A stretch of DNA of 62,940 bases, the filler included, from Hyphochytrium catenoides (lineage: Eukaryota > Protista > Hyphochytriomycota), in NCBI GenBank assembly GCA_900088475.1. It is 7 parts of 7 records of this genome, joined end to end, with 100 filler letters (N's around TTAATTAATTAA, not from the genome) between each part and the next. Parts side by side here need not be neighbours in the genome. Positions count along the whole stretch, not along the records: positions 1 to 19,127 come from FLMG01004306.1; positions 19,228 to 35,166 come from FLMG01001743.1; 5 more parts are not named here. The stretch is one strand, 5' to 3'. The number at the start of each line of letters is the position of its first letter. The stretch's first letter is position 1. Positions 11,121 through 23,260 of this stretch are shown here, in pieces. The translations under genes were made by a program, and so were the position numbers. The notes beneath the pieces are model-generated. The model made no database searches and was not told where the DNA came from. It worked only from the letters and a program-made list of their open reading frames with translations.

Positions 11121-12443
11121 GTGGCAAAGTATTGGTGGTTAATTCCTGAGACGGTCGTCACAACAATCCTGAGTAGTGCGTCTTCAGTCGCTTTCTCTGC
11201 TTCTTCTTTGACATATCGCTGACCTCTGCTTTCTTCTCATCGGCGAACGTAGCGTCAAGCAAGGCGTCAAGTTCTGCATTCACTATTGGCTTGGTGGTCT
11301 GTTTTGTCCTTGAGATTCAGGGGCGGGCAGCAAGCAATTGCTTCAGAAGAGGAGAGAAGCGCTTCGCAGCATCACAGCAGCATCAAAGCTGCCATGCGTT
11401 TGCAACGCTACCACTTGGTAGTAAGTAGTAGAGGGACTCTGGAGAGAGACTGATGGAGAGCTCGGCTCACCAGCAGCTGCTACATCCTCGCTCAAGAGGA
11501 TCCCGTCGCTTCTGTGGGGCTGCTCCTCCTCTTACCACTGTTGAAGAACAAGGTGGCACCAGCCTCCGTAGCGCATTCCTTGATGATGGTGGTGCTTTAG
11601 GGCAGCAACAGCACCAGTTGCCGCAGCCCCACCGATCGTCGCTGGATCCTCTAGCTCGTCATCAATGGTCATCGCCCCAATACATCCCGCTTTACTTCTG
11701 CCGCGTGCATGATGAGCCTCTAACCCGTATAATACCTTCCCTTGCATGTAAGCAGACTCACTCTTCCGCTGGCTCATTCTTCATAGATGCAAAGTATAGT
11801 CGCGTTGTTCGCACAAGGGATCTCAAAAATGTGGTCGTCGTCGTGATATTATTGAGGATTGAGGGAGCAGCATTGCCTACACGGACGACCCACCACGTCC
11901 CAGGGCATATTATCTTCACCACTGTGGGAGACGATGCAGATATCTCTGAGGATGGCAGGACGGCGAAAGACTTGGCATGAACTAGGGAGCTGAGGACGAC
12001 AGCAAGGCGAGAGCCCTGGCATGAACTATAGAGAGCGATCGACAGCTGGTGGCTCCGCTAAAGCTCACAGCAGAGACCAAGGAAGAAGACGCAGTTCTCT
12101 GGTCTTTATTAGTGTTTACGATGAGTTTGAGGGGAGGAAGGTTCATACCAGGAGATGCAGAGATACGTCGGTGAGAAGACGAAGATAAGAAGACAGCTGA
12201 AGGACGGAAGAGACCAGAGGAGAGATAAGAAGTGGACAAGGAGAAAGTGCTCTCCCTCGTTCTTTCTCTCGCTCTTTCTTTTTCTTCTTTCCTCCATCAC
12301 CGGAGCCCACCATGATGGCTCCATAAAGACAACACACTTCGCCACAAGGAAAAAAGCATGCCCATGAAGGCGTTAGAGACGAGAGAGAGAGAAAATCAGT
12401 GTGAAGTCTCTCTCTCTTACTCTCTCTCTCTCTCTACAGCACC

Positions 12444-13916
12444 TTAGAAGTCCCTATGACCCAATAGAGACATCTCACTTCTCAGTCTCCTGCTTGCCTT
12501 TTGGTCTTCTTGTGGCTGTTGTCCATTCGTAGCCACTACTGTTCCGCCGATCACAGTTCCCAACGCGGCTAGCCCCGTAGCAATGAATATGATAGCCCTT
12601 ACAATGCCTCTCCAGTTCCTGGTGAGCTTTGTGAATGCATCTCCTTCTTCCTTCACGAGCCGCTTGAGACCAAAGACCTCGCCCAGAGCCTCCTGAATTA
12701 CAGCCTCGGCCTCTCTTCGTTGATTCTCTCCCTCAATAAGCTTAGCTTTGACCCCTAACTCGTCATGACTCGCTTTAAGAAACTCTTCCAAGGTCTTGGC
12801 ACTGTCTGGCGTTAGACCTTGGATCTGTCCTTGGTCAAGCTCATCCATCAGCTTCTTCAGCCCCTGCTGATGTTCTTTAATGTTCGCGAGGGACAAGTGA
12901 TCTCCTTCGCCTTCGGCTGCGTCCAATCTCTTTGGTGACCCGCTGTCGGCCCCCAGAGGAGCGGTCTCTCCGTCCATCTTCCCGAAGGTTTTAAGTAGGC
13001 TCTCCACCAGCACTCTTTCCATAGTCTCTGGAGGGATCTCTCCCTTTGTCTGCATGAGGGCATCCAGGGCACTTTGCCGCTGTCCCTGAGCTTGAGCTAC
13101 TCTTTCCTGTTGTTGAACAGCTACCTTTTGATGGGTTACCAAGGCCCTCTTAGCCTCTTTTGCGGCCTCCTGGTGAGTCTTCACCACAGCTTTCAACTCC
13201 TTAACCGCCGCGCCATATTTACCTAGTGTTTGTTTCGTTTCGACCTTCAATTCTGCCTTTAGAGCTGCGACTGGACGTTTAGCTTTGAGCTTGACGGGAG
13301 GTGGCGAGCTATCCGTTCTCTCTCCTTCGTCTGCAGTCTTCGATGACAATGGTCCATCTCCGCCTTCCGCTGCTTGTTCAGGCTGAGTTGTGGCGCCCTC
13401 CTTTTCCTGTTTCACTTTTTCCAGTAGGGCCAAGAGATAACGTTCTCTATCACCAGCGGCTTTCTTCGCTGCCTGAACGTTCATCGTCGCGGTGTCCACT
13501 TTCTCTCTGGCGCCCTGAACCTTTCCTATAGCGGCTTCCAGCGCAGAAATGGCGCTTTCTTCCTTCTTCTGAGATGCTAGTTTTTGCGCTTGTCTCGCTT
13601 GTTCCTGTCTTGCATTCATCCGTTGTTGTCTCCCCTCTCGTCGTTGTTGGCGTTTTGCCGGATCGTTCCATTTGTTGAGCAAGCCGCCTTCTTTCGGAAT
13701 CACCCCGTTTCCAACGGTGCCTTCAGCCAACGCGGCGCTGGGGGAGGAAGCTCTTTTACCACCAAAGAAGGCTGCAGAAGATTGCTCAGTGATGTGCAGG
13801 AGCAGCAGAATGAGGAGAGAGAGGCTGATAAGGCACCATTGAGAGGAAGAAGAGTGTCTTGCTGGCCTTCCCCACACTTGTCTCTCTTCCACCACCAGTC
13901 GTGTACGGCTCATCAT
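12444..13916 (-). CDS. Orphan secretory-pathway coiled-coil protein with C-terminal TM helix (paralog B, ~490 aa)
   Basis: ATG at 13916 (MMSR); CLISLSLLILLLLHITEQSSA signal; long A/E/K/Q helical region; AFTKLTRNWRGIVRAIIFIATGLAALGTVIGGTVVAT; tail SRRLRSEMSLLGHRDF. Homologous to paralog A. Confidence 0.88.
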   Translation of the reverse strand: MMSRTRLVVEERQVWGRPARHSSSSQWCLISLSLLILLLLHITEQSSAAFFGGKRASSPSAALAEGTVGNGVIPKEGGLLNKWNDPAKRQQRREGRQQRMNARQEQARQAQKLASQKKEESAISALEAAIGKVQGAREKVDTATMNVQAAKKAAGDRERYLLALLEKVKQEKEGATTQPEQAAEGGDGPLSSKTADEGERTDSSPPPVKLKAKRPVAALKAELKVETKQTLGKYGAAVKELKAVVKTHQEAAKEAKRALVTHQKVAVQQQERVAQAQGQRQSALDALMQTKGEIPPETMERVLVESLLKTFGKMDGETAPLGADSGSPKRLDAAEGEGDHLSLANIKEHQQGLKKLMDELDQGQIQGLTPDSAKTLEEFLKASHDELGVKAKLIEGENQRREAEAVIQEALGEVFGLKRLVKEEGDAFTKLTRNWRGIVRAIIFIATGLAALGTVIGGTVVATNGQQPQEDQKASRRLRSEMSLLGHRDF

Positions 13917-14572
13917 CCTTGCGAAGAGAGAGCTCAGAGTCAGTAGCTGTTGTTGGGTCCACTTGGGTCCACCTATCCTCAAGCGATAGAAGAGGTAGAT
14001 CGAGAGTACCGGAGGATAGACAGAGAAAGAGAGAGAGAGAGATAGCGCAATCCTTGGACAGGCGTGTCCAATTCAGGAATGAAGGACCGAGGGTTCGTCT
14101 GCCGTCGATGGAGCGAGAGAGAGCTATGAATCCAGAGGAGGAGGAAAAATGAAAGATGAGTCAGCAGCGGGCAATGGACGAGGCACCTTGTGCTTGCCAA
14201 AGTGCTTCCGCTGTTCTGCTGTTCACCAGATGCTTTGTCTTGTTCAGGATCTCTAGCCTCTCCTATCTCCGCCCCTGCTCGGGCTCTCTCGCTCTCTCTC
14301 GCTCTCTCTCCTACACATGTGCTTTGCCCCTTGCAGGCTGTCTCCTTCCTGCTACTGTTACTTCGCTCAATCATCTATCTCCCATTGCAGTTCTTGGACT
14401 GCCTTTGAAAATTTTGTCCCTTAGTTCTATTTGCTTTGCTCTGTGTCTCCCTCTTCTTATCCGTCTTTTCTACTATCCTCACTCACGTCAATGTCTACTC
14501 AAGACTCTCTCTCTTCTCTCTCTCTCTCTCTCTCCTCACTCTCTCTTAGTCCCCCTTGTTTCTATCTCCCTA

Positions 14573-14605
<33 letters not shown>

Positions 14606-17600
14606 TTCTTTCTGTCTCTCCCTCACAAGATTGCTCTGGTCTGTCTGTTTGCCTTTCTTTCCTCCCTTTTCCTTATCAATGACATTGCTCTCGTCTCGCT
14701 CTATGTTGTGCTTCCCCGATCGTCAGTGAGAAGAACGGAAGTAGCCTAATCGTTATTGTTGCCCAAGGATCATCGGTGCGAATCCAGTTCTTCCCTTGTT
14801 CTGAGCTTCTTCAAAAAATGTCTACTCCGTGTCTCTCTTCTCTCGTCTCTTTCTTCTTCTACTCATCTTGTCCTACTATGATGATGGTGTCTTTATATTA
14901 TCAGCTATCATCTATGAACTATGAACACTCCCTATATTGTCCGGTCTAGAAGGCACTCTCACTCCGAAAGGTCAGAAGGAACCGAGTTCCATTGGCGCGA
15001 CTCTCTTCTCACCTACTTCTACCTACTCCGAAGGTAGGGATAATATAATCAAGATCCTCTTTCTTGCGCTCTCTTCTTTCTCTCACTCTTTCTCTCTCTC
15101 TCTTCGTTCGTCGCTTCCCTTCCTCTGTCTCTCTATTATCCTCTCTTATTTTTACCTTCTTCTTTTCCTCTCTCTCCTCTTCCTTTACCTCAGACATACA
15201 CAACGATCCAAACGCTGTAGCCAGGGGCAGCACCTTCCTCAGACACGGACCATGAGTAGTAGCTCCGCAGTCTTGGACAGAAAGGACTCTACTCAGTCAG
15301 GACTTAGGATCCCCTAGAATGAGGGCTCTAGACGGGTAGATAGCCCGTCATTCTCTTCTCTCTCCTCCTGTCCGTAGGTTCCCTGTGCTCCAATGCTCAT
15401 CGCGCAATCGTGCAATCCTCGTCCTGTCGCGCTTATCACAGATGTTCCAAAGGGTTCAAGGAGCTCCGTCTCTCGTCGTCTCCTCATCAGTCCGGCGTTT
15501 CTTCTTCTCTGCGGCTGCCTCCACGACCCAGGGGCCCTGGCGAGGCGTTAGCGGTACTCTGCTCCTCCCATTAGGTTTGCCCTGAACTCATCGAGAGACA
15601 GTAAACAATAACAAAATGGGTACGGTAACGGCCATGTGGAGAGTAGAGCAGATGAGCAGTAGATGAAGAAAGATTAGGCAAAAGTATGGCATTTGTGCTA
15701 CATTCGTTGGTGGGTTGCACTGTCCCACTCCTCCTTCTCCGCGTGACGGCTGATCATTCAGATGCACAGAGAAAGACTACTCTTGGTCGTTAGCCGTAGG
15801 TTAATATGCGCTGACTGCCACGGGGAAAGTCTCCCAAGGCTTATAGGATAGGAGGACAGGTCATTCGGCAGTAGTAGTGTTCTAGGCTGAGTCATAAGGA
15901 AGCTCCTGGTCCTGTTCAGCTCTTTCTGCTACTTTCCAATGTCATCAAAGAGGGTCAGTGTCCAGCGGTTCGATGAGACGAGTCTTGAAGCTCGAGAACT
16001 TGCTACGGCCTGGTTCTTTATAGTTCTGGACCATTCTATCATCATGATGCCTATGACGACAGCTCTCACTCTCTCTCACCGTAAAACAGTAGTAGGACGA
16101 ACGGCTATCGGACTGATGCGGCTTGATCACTCTCAGTTTGACCTTGGTTCTTGACGACTGCTCTAGTAGGAGCTCATAGCTAGCCAGCAGGAGCTGAACT
16201 AGCATTATTGGCGCACGGCAGCGCACAGCCAAAAGCTAGCTTCTACGGCAGTAGTGGATGAAGAGCCTTTCTTCTTCCGCGTCGGAGGCTGTCGGACTTC
16301 ATAACCACCATTATTATCCTCTTAGAGCTAACGATGAAGAGGAGTTCGTCGCAATATAGATCCCTTGTAAGGTCGGTTTCTGCTAGATGCAAAGAAGCAT
16401 TTCTGTCTGTCTCCTTCCCTCGCTACTCTTGCATGCTAATAAGTAAGAGCCTCATTAGCTATCTACCATCATTGTGCCTCCGTCCATCCTCAAAGAATCT
16501 AAGTGGCCATGATAGTGGCATCGTCCAGTTCATCGCCTTAAGTGATGAATGGATTTGGAGTGGCTGCTGTCCATCAGCGCCAACACCTAGGGAGGCAGTC
16601 CTCGGAGGGATAAGCTGAGATCCAGATAGGGAAAGGAAGGTGATCTTCCAGCCATGACTTTCGGTTTTTCTAAAACTTCTCTGAATGATGGCGGTTCTGG
16701 GGAGAGATCTGAAGAGGCCAAGACTTTGCAGCTCTTGCTTATTCTTCTCTCTTCTTCGGAGTAATAGGTTGTCTTTACCATGATAATAAGTAAGAAGTGC
16801 CTTTCAGCTTGTCCTTTGTCGTCATAACATTCTCCACTCCTCCCGGCCGCCTAGCGGTACAGAGTTTTATCTTGATGACGACGGAGGGACTCTCTGGATA
16901 GGAGAGATCGAGCAAACAGCGGAGCAGGCAATATCTTGCATAAGAAGAAGAGCAGGTAGAGAAGGACCGGAGAACAAGAATAGAGAGGAAGAACGAGAGA
17001 GAGGGGAAAAAGAAAGAAGGAGAGCGAGGGGAAATGAAGCATTCTCGGATTCAACCAAGACTGTGCCACGGCAGAAAGATCGAATCTGCAGACTGATTAT
17101 TGAAGAAGCGGTGCTACTAGTAGGAGACAATCTGTAACGATGGCACACGGTCCCATAACAAAAGTGAAGATGCGACACTAGTCGCCCAGTCCCTCGAGAG
17201 TAGTGGAGAATCTAAGTGATGATGGTCAATGATACTACCAGGCTGCCGTCGTCCCAAGAGCAATACCTTTATGAGATCTCAGAAGCTAGCTACTCGCTCT
17301 TTTACTTATTAGGACTTATCTACGACGCGGCAATGTGAGGCTGCTCATCTTCTATTATCAGGATTATTTAGTAGATGATGTTGCCCGGCGGCGTGATGGT
17401 TTGGCCTAGCGACTGACCCTTTCTATACGCTTGCTGGTCAGGAGGATGATATATCTAAGGCTGATGAGAAGAAGCTATTTGACTGCTGCTGTCTGCCGCG
17501 TAGCTAATAACAGATTCCTGAGCTGCGGCGACGTACTGATGAAGCCCTCAACTGACTGAGTGACGTCTCCCATCATGCTCTCCGCTGCTTCTAAAATTCT

Positions 17601-17699
17601 TCCGTCTCGTTCCTGGAGCAGGCATTCATTCTATAAGCCACCAAGTGGAAACCGTCACCCCGCCTCTCTCTCTTTTTCTCTCTCTCTTTCTCCTGTAAC

Positions 17700-18370
17700 A
17701 GGACACTTGCTGATGAGGTGAAGGAGCTGCGAGACCTTGTGAAGCTTCTGATGATGACTAGCCTCCCCTCTTTCCGATTAAGATGGGGAGATCTGGTGGG
17801 ATTCTCATGCTAGTTGGAGATGACTTGAGCTTCACAATGCGTCATCGGAAGAACAGAACAAGCGAGGGGTCTGGGAGCTATCAGAAGGTAAGGAAGGAGT
17901 AGGAGAGGGGAGGTCAGCACGGGAACTACTCGGGAATGAGGGTTGGAAAGAAAGGAGAGATCTTCGGGTGTGAAGAACAGCAGAGGGATAATGGGTGTAA
18001 GGCAGTAGAGTAGTGTACGTGAAGATGTGGGATGTAGGCAAGGGCAGCAAGATACGAGGAGATGAGAGAGAGAAGAAGAGAGAGAAGAAGAGAGAAGAAG
18101 CTAAAATAGATGAGTAGCATCAGTAGGAAGAAGTCGGTCGGAACAAGCAGCAGGCAGCAGTGGGAATCAGCCAGGATTTAGCTCTATCTTTGTAACGCTA
18201 AAGACGCTATTGCCTGCTAGAAGACTGCTCGATTGACTTACTGCTTTGAAGCTGTAAGGAGGCTCTTCTGACTGTTGCGCGGCCAGCTCATCAGATTAGT
18301 AAGTTCTCTTATTAGATTAGCAGCAGATTGTTTATCGGTCTCTGTCGTCCGATATCTGGAGCATATTACG
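17700..18370 (+). pseudogene. Degenerate exon-intron-exon relic of an unknown gene (copy 2)
   Basis: Polypyrimidine tract plus aacag acceptor (17701), TLADEVKELRDLVKLL, donor ag|gtaagg (~17888), purine-rich intron, then IDLLL*SCKEALLTV. Confidence 0.45.
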
Positions 18371-18572
18371 GCCTTCACCGTCACTCTTGTTCAGCGATCC
18401 TCCTTTCCATGGAGGCGGCGGCGCCTACTACTTTCCTTCCTCTGAAGAACCCTCTCTCTTCCTCTTCCCTCCTCCTCCTAAATAAACATCATGACGCTCA
18501 TCAATTGCTGCGACGTGTTCTGGACGATGAGGATTGAAAAGGTAGGAAACTCCTACATAGTTCTACTAACTA

Positions 18573-18941
18573 TTAGATTAGACCTTCTCTTCCTCTGCTG
18601 CATTGGCATAGTAGTGGTACATGATGCAGGACCACCTGTTTGTTGACCATCCCCGTGCGTGCGTGATAATAAAGCTGTGCAGCACATACTGCTGAAGGTG
18701 ACCTCTCCTCCTCCGCCCACCAACCTACCGCCGCGCAGTCGCTGCGGTCTCCCGACCCATGCTTCTTTCTGGCAACTGGCAAGGCTGCAACCTCTTGGGA
18801 AAGAAGAAGGAAGAGCATGATGATGCTAATGCGCACATCGTAGGAGCGGCGGACCGCGCGACGCGGCGGCAGCGCGGCCGTCCTCGTCTTCTGATGATGA
18901 TGATGGATGATGATCTTCCGCCTTTTTGCGCTATCGGACAT
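18573..18941 (-). CDS. Possible small secreted protein (122 aa), uncertain
   Basis: ATG start, basic n-region, hydrophobic ISIIMLFLLLSQEVAA|LP; no recognisable domain. Confidence 0.25.
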   Translation of the reverse strand: MSDSAKRRKIIIHHHHQKTRTAALPPRRAVRRSYDVRISIIMLFLLLSQEVAALPVARKKHGSGDRSDCAAVGWWAEEERSPSAVCAAQLYYHARTGMVNKQVVLHHVPLLCQCSRGREGLI

Positions 18942-19127
18942 ATCTTTGTTGGAGGAACATCAACCTGGGTTTAGATGACCTACACCGTGATAAACCCGGA
19001 TAATGATCTGGATTTAACGCCTTGCTTTACTACTAGCGAAGTTCATCGTCATAAATGGTCAAAGAAACCTGGATTTGGAGTTTTGAAAATGGAGAAAGAT
19101 GAAGAGACTCTGTTATTATTCTTGATT

Positions 19128-19227
19128 NNNNNNNNNNNNNNNNNNNNNNNNNNNNNNNNNNNNNNNNNNNNTTAATTAATTAANNNNNNNNNNNNNNNNN
19201 NNNNNNNNNNNNNNNNNNNNNNNNNNN
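19128..19227. other. Artificial contig linker N44-TTAATTAATTAA-N44 (cores at 19172, 35211, 39870, 43357, 58907, 60181)
   Basis: The same 12-mer, with stops in all six frames, sits between N runs six times. Confidence 0.97.
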
Positions 19228-19479
19228 CACCCTGTTTTAATAGCGGCCATGAAACCATTTAGAATATACTGCATTACTACTACCCTCTTGAAGCCTATGT
19301 TTATATTAGAGGACTAACGCCATACATTAGTATTGATGATTATAGAGACACTGAAAATCTCTAAGTCAAACGTGTAGAAAGACCAAGAGCAACAGAAGAG
19401 AAGACAAATAAATGACTTTGACAAAGATAAAAAAACAATCCCAGCAGCAGAGCGAGAAGAACAGCCAAAAGAGAAGGCC

Positions 19480-20760
19480 AATAAAGGCAAGAAAAATGGA
19501 TGAGGATCACAGAAGTGGATGGTCGCCAGAACGAGACGGCCAGAGTTAGCAAGAAAGGAGCACCAGCGGCGGGAAGAAAAGGACAGAGGTTAGAGGGCAG
19601 AAGGGCGGCAATACAGGTAGCGAGAGGGGGAGACGGGGAGTTAGCAAGCAAAGGTCAGACGTTAGTGCAACAAAACGTTACCAACAGGAGAACAGACAGA
19701 AAGAAGACAGCAACAGTTCAAGAGCATCCGCAAAAAACAAGAAGTTTAGAAAGGTTAGAAATTAGGAAAAGTCACGAGCAAAGAACGGAGAGCAAAAACG
19801 AATGATGTGAGCAGACATCAGCTACCAAGCGAGGGCACGGGCGGAAACAAAACAGGCAGAGATTAGCGGCGGGAGGAAGTGATGATCCAAGGGCAGAAGA
19901 GCAGAAAGGGGCCAATGGAGGTTAGCGAGGAAAAGAGGAGTTAACAAGCAGAGGTCAGACGTTAGTGCAACAAAACGTTAGCAGCAGGGAGGGAAGAGTA
20001 GAGTCAGCAACAATCTAGAACAGCTACGGGAGAGAAGTGGTACAAAGGAGGTTAGAATATAGGAAAGATGTGCCAAAAACGGAGAGCAAGAAGCGAATGA
20101 TTTTAGCAGAAGAGAGCTAGCAAGCAAGGGCAGGAAGGGAAACAGAAAGGCAGAGCTTTGCGGGGGGAAGTGAGGATAAAAAGAGCAAAGCAGGAGGACA
20201 ATGATGAGGTTTTAATTGAGGAAAAGATGAGTTAGCGAGCAAAGGTCAGCCGTTGTTAGTGCAACAAGTGGTTAGCAGCAGGGAGAGAACAGCAGACAAG
20301 TCAGCTACCAAGCTAGAACGGCACCAAGAAGAAGTGGCAAAAAGGTTTAAGGGTAAGAGACATCGGAGCGGAGCACGGAGAGTACAAAGACTGATGTTAG
20401 CAGAGACGAACTACCAAGCAAGGGGCCCTTAACAGAGACGAATAACTGCAAGCAAGAGACAGGGACACAAAAGAGACAGAGCGTAGAGCAGGGAAGAAGT
20501 GACGGATTAAGAGTAAAAGAGCAGAAGGTGGACTACGGGGTAAGCGAGAGGACACAGGAGTAATCAAACAAAGGTCAGCCGGGACAGCTAAAGAGGTTAG
20601 CAGCAGGGAGAGAACAGCAGAAGTCAGCAACCAATCCAGAACGGTACCGAGAAAGAAGTGGCAGAACGGTTAGAATATAGAAGTACTAGCAGAGAACGGA
20701 GAGACGAAAACATTAGTCGTAGCCAGCAAAAGTCAGTAGGAATTCCCAGATTGTGAACGC
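19480..20760. repeat. Diverged purine-rich tandem repeat, ~295-320 bp unit, about 4 copies
   Basis: gagttagcaagcaaaggtcagacgttagtgcaacaa-like block near 19638, 19938, 20229 and 20560; acggagag...tgat..agcag block near 19784, 20078, 20374 and 20695. Confidence 0.8.
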
Positions 20761-22049
20761 CAGCAGGGTCAGCGAAAAAGGCAGCAGGAGGACAGCTAAA
20801 GGCAGCAGCAGGCGGGACAAAGAAAGGCACGGAGGCAAACAAGAAAAGAAGAGGCAAAACGCTGAAAAAAGAGATGGGAGCCAGGAGCAGAGGGTCCCGG
20901 ACCAGAAGAGGGAGGCGAGGCTGAAAAGACGAAGACTGGAGAGAGAGAGTAAAGTCATCAGAGTAGTGGCAAGATTCCAGATCGCAAGCAGTAACAGGAT
21001 AAGGCAGAAGCAGGCCTAATTTGAAAGGAAAGGACGACCGAAAACGAAGCAGCAGTGCCCAACAGAGGTTTCCGAGCAACGAGGGAGCGGATGAGCAAAG
21101 GCAGAGAAAAGGAAGCGAAATGCTTACTATTAGCCGGTAGGATCCGTGAGCAGGGAGAGGAGGGCTGCTAAATAAGTGGTTGGGAACAGGAGGAGAGATA
21201 GAGGAAGACAGAGAAACCAGCGGAGAAAGAAGGCAGACACCAAGTAGACGACAGGAGGTGGTACCGAGGCCTTAGGAAGGTGATGAGTAGAACAAAAAGT
21301 TCAAGTGCGCGCTGATCTTCTGTGCAGCCGCCTACTTGAAAAGGCAGTCGATGCCTAAAAGAAAGGCGAGCTCTATGTATCTGAGACTGGTCGGGCAGCT
21401 GTTTCCGCTATAATCTTTGTCGATCTCTTTCCTGCTTGTTGGTTGCTGATGGTGAGTCGTCGCTGGTCGCTGCCTGGTGCTTTGTTGTGGGGAGATTCAA
21501 ATCTGAAAATCTGAATTGCGGTGGACGTTGGAAGTTGGAAATGAGAAATGAGACAAGGACGCGCGATTATCAGATCAAGGGGTGATATACTCTATCGTTT
21601 CCGGTTATTGTGGCGGTTTGATCTGGTAACTGAAAGGATCCTGCCGTTAGGCCGTCAGAAGGGGCCTATGATCACCCCAGGTTTGCTGGATTGTGTCTGT
21701 GATCACCTAAAGTTCTTGTTCGTCAAAGCAGGATTACCCTAAGTTCTCCTAAGGGGTGGTTTTTGGGGTCTAGGTTTACCCTACGTTCACTTCAGGATAC
21801 CCCAAATATTACCCTTGGTCGTTTTCCAGTGACTTGCATGATGGTGGTGTTCACTATCTCTGCTGCTGCTATGCTGCTGAGCAAACGTTCTTCGAGTGGA
21901 TTCGAAAGAGTCCCTACTGCTACCCTCTCTAGTTTGCCGGCGCCTGCCGTGGACCGGACATAACTTCTTTTCTGTATTACATCCTATACGGGCCTCCTTT
22001 TCATTAAAAAAGCTATTTAACCTTTAACACTTTTGAGTGATAATGGCAG

Positions 22050-23260
22050 CAGCTGACTGATGATTAAGGGAACAACTAGACCAACAATACGCTAGTAAAA
22101 GGCGTCTCATCGCTCAGCATGCAATGCTACTTACTGTCATTGAGCCCTTCAGAGTAGCCTATGATATAGTACCTGCAACCTCTAACACTGTCAATCGATG
22201 ACGTACTACGCGGCGCAACATATCACTCGATTATTCTTGCATTCTTCTTGGTAATTGCCCAAGGAAGCATGGAGGTTTGCTGTACTACCGCACTACGCAA
22301 AGAGGTCAGAAGGAAAGTACCGCCTATCCTAGTCATCGCGAATATGATGACCTGCTGAAGACAGAGAGCACCTTCCCCAACATCAACCGCCTGGTGGGTG
22401 AGGGTACGCGGGTGGTTACGACGAAGTTGCTCCTCAATGCTGCTCAATGAAGGTTTACATGATGGAACGTAATCACTTATTAGAGTGCCTAGCACTCTAA
22501 CTGGGGGAGCTAGTAGTACGAGCATCGACGAGGAAAACATCATGAGATTCTTTCGTTAACTTAGCTGTTATTAGATGTAAAGGTTCAACGTGTCAAGAGT
22601 GAGTGGGAGTGCCGGCGGGAACAAGAGTAAGCGCACTCATCGTCTATTTAAACTTCCATAATCCCTCCTGAGATGGTACGGCTCTTCTCAACAGCATCAA
22701 GTGAGAGGTTGTGAGCCAGAATTTGGATCTCTGGGTAATTCCTCTTGTACCGTCATCCATCATCGCTCCTTATAAAACTCGGCTTCTTAGCGATCCTTGG
22801 GCAAAGCGACATGGGAAACAGCATACGCAGGAAGATCTTCTTCCGCGCTCATCCATGAGATCAAGGCACAAGCCCACCAGGCATCCATGAATCCATCAGT
22901 TCCGAAAGAGTCAGAGTCCATGATCCCAGCCAAGACGATGATGTGTCAGTCTTCTTGAGAGAGAGACAGACTGTCATTCTTATCTTCGGCCGGTCTGTCC
23001 AAAAGTGCTACCTCTAGGCATGTAACGTCCCAGGAAAATTTCACGATCAAAACTCCAACCCACATTGGGACGTTAACAGCTTCCTCAATACACTTGGCAA
23101 TCCTCCCACCCGCCGTAATTTGTTATCTATTACTTAGAGATCACCTACACACCGAGTGACTCAATCCAACAAAGTAGTAATACCGTTAGGACCGCGCTTA
23201 GTAATAGCACCGGTATCAGATGGTAGTAATACAGCCCACCAGACCTGTATTAATGTTAGG
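22050..23260 (-). mobile_element. Possible heavily decayed Ty3/gypsy pol relic (protease and RT N-terminus)
   Basis: Fragments in expected order: AVLLPSDTGA, ITAGG, ..GTDGFMDA, HQAVDVGEG, LPWAITKK, IDSVRGCRYY, DETPFTS. Many stops and frameshifts. Confidence 0.3.

Noticed and set aside
11453-11980. 175-aa plus-strand ORF
   Set aside because: No motif, no clear counterpart in the sister cassette, no splice support.
19172-19183. Recurring palindrome TTAATTAATTAA as a biological site
   Set aside because: Always centred in 44+44 Ns, so it is an assembly linker.
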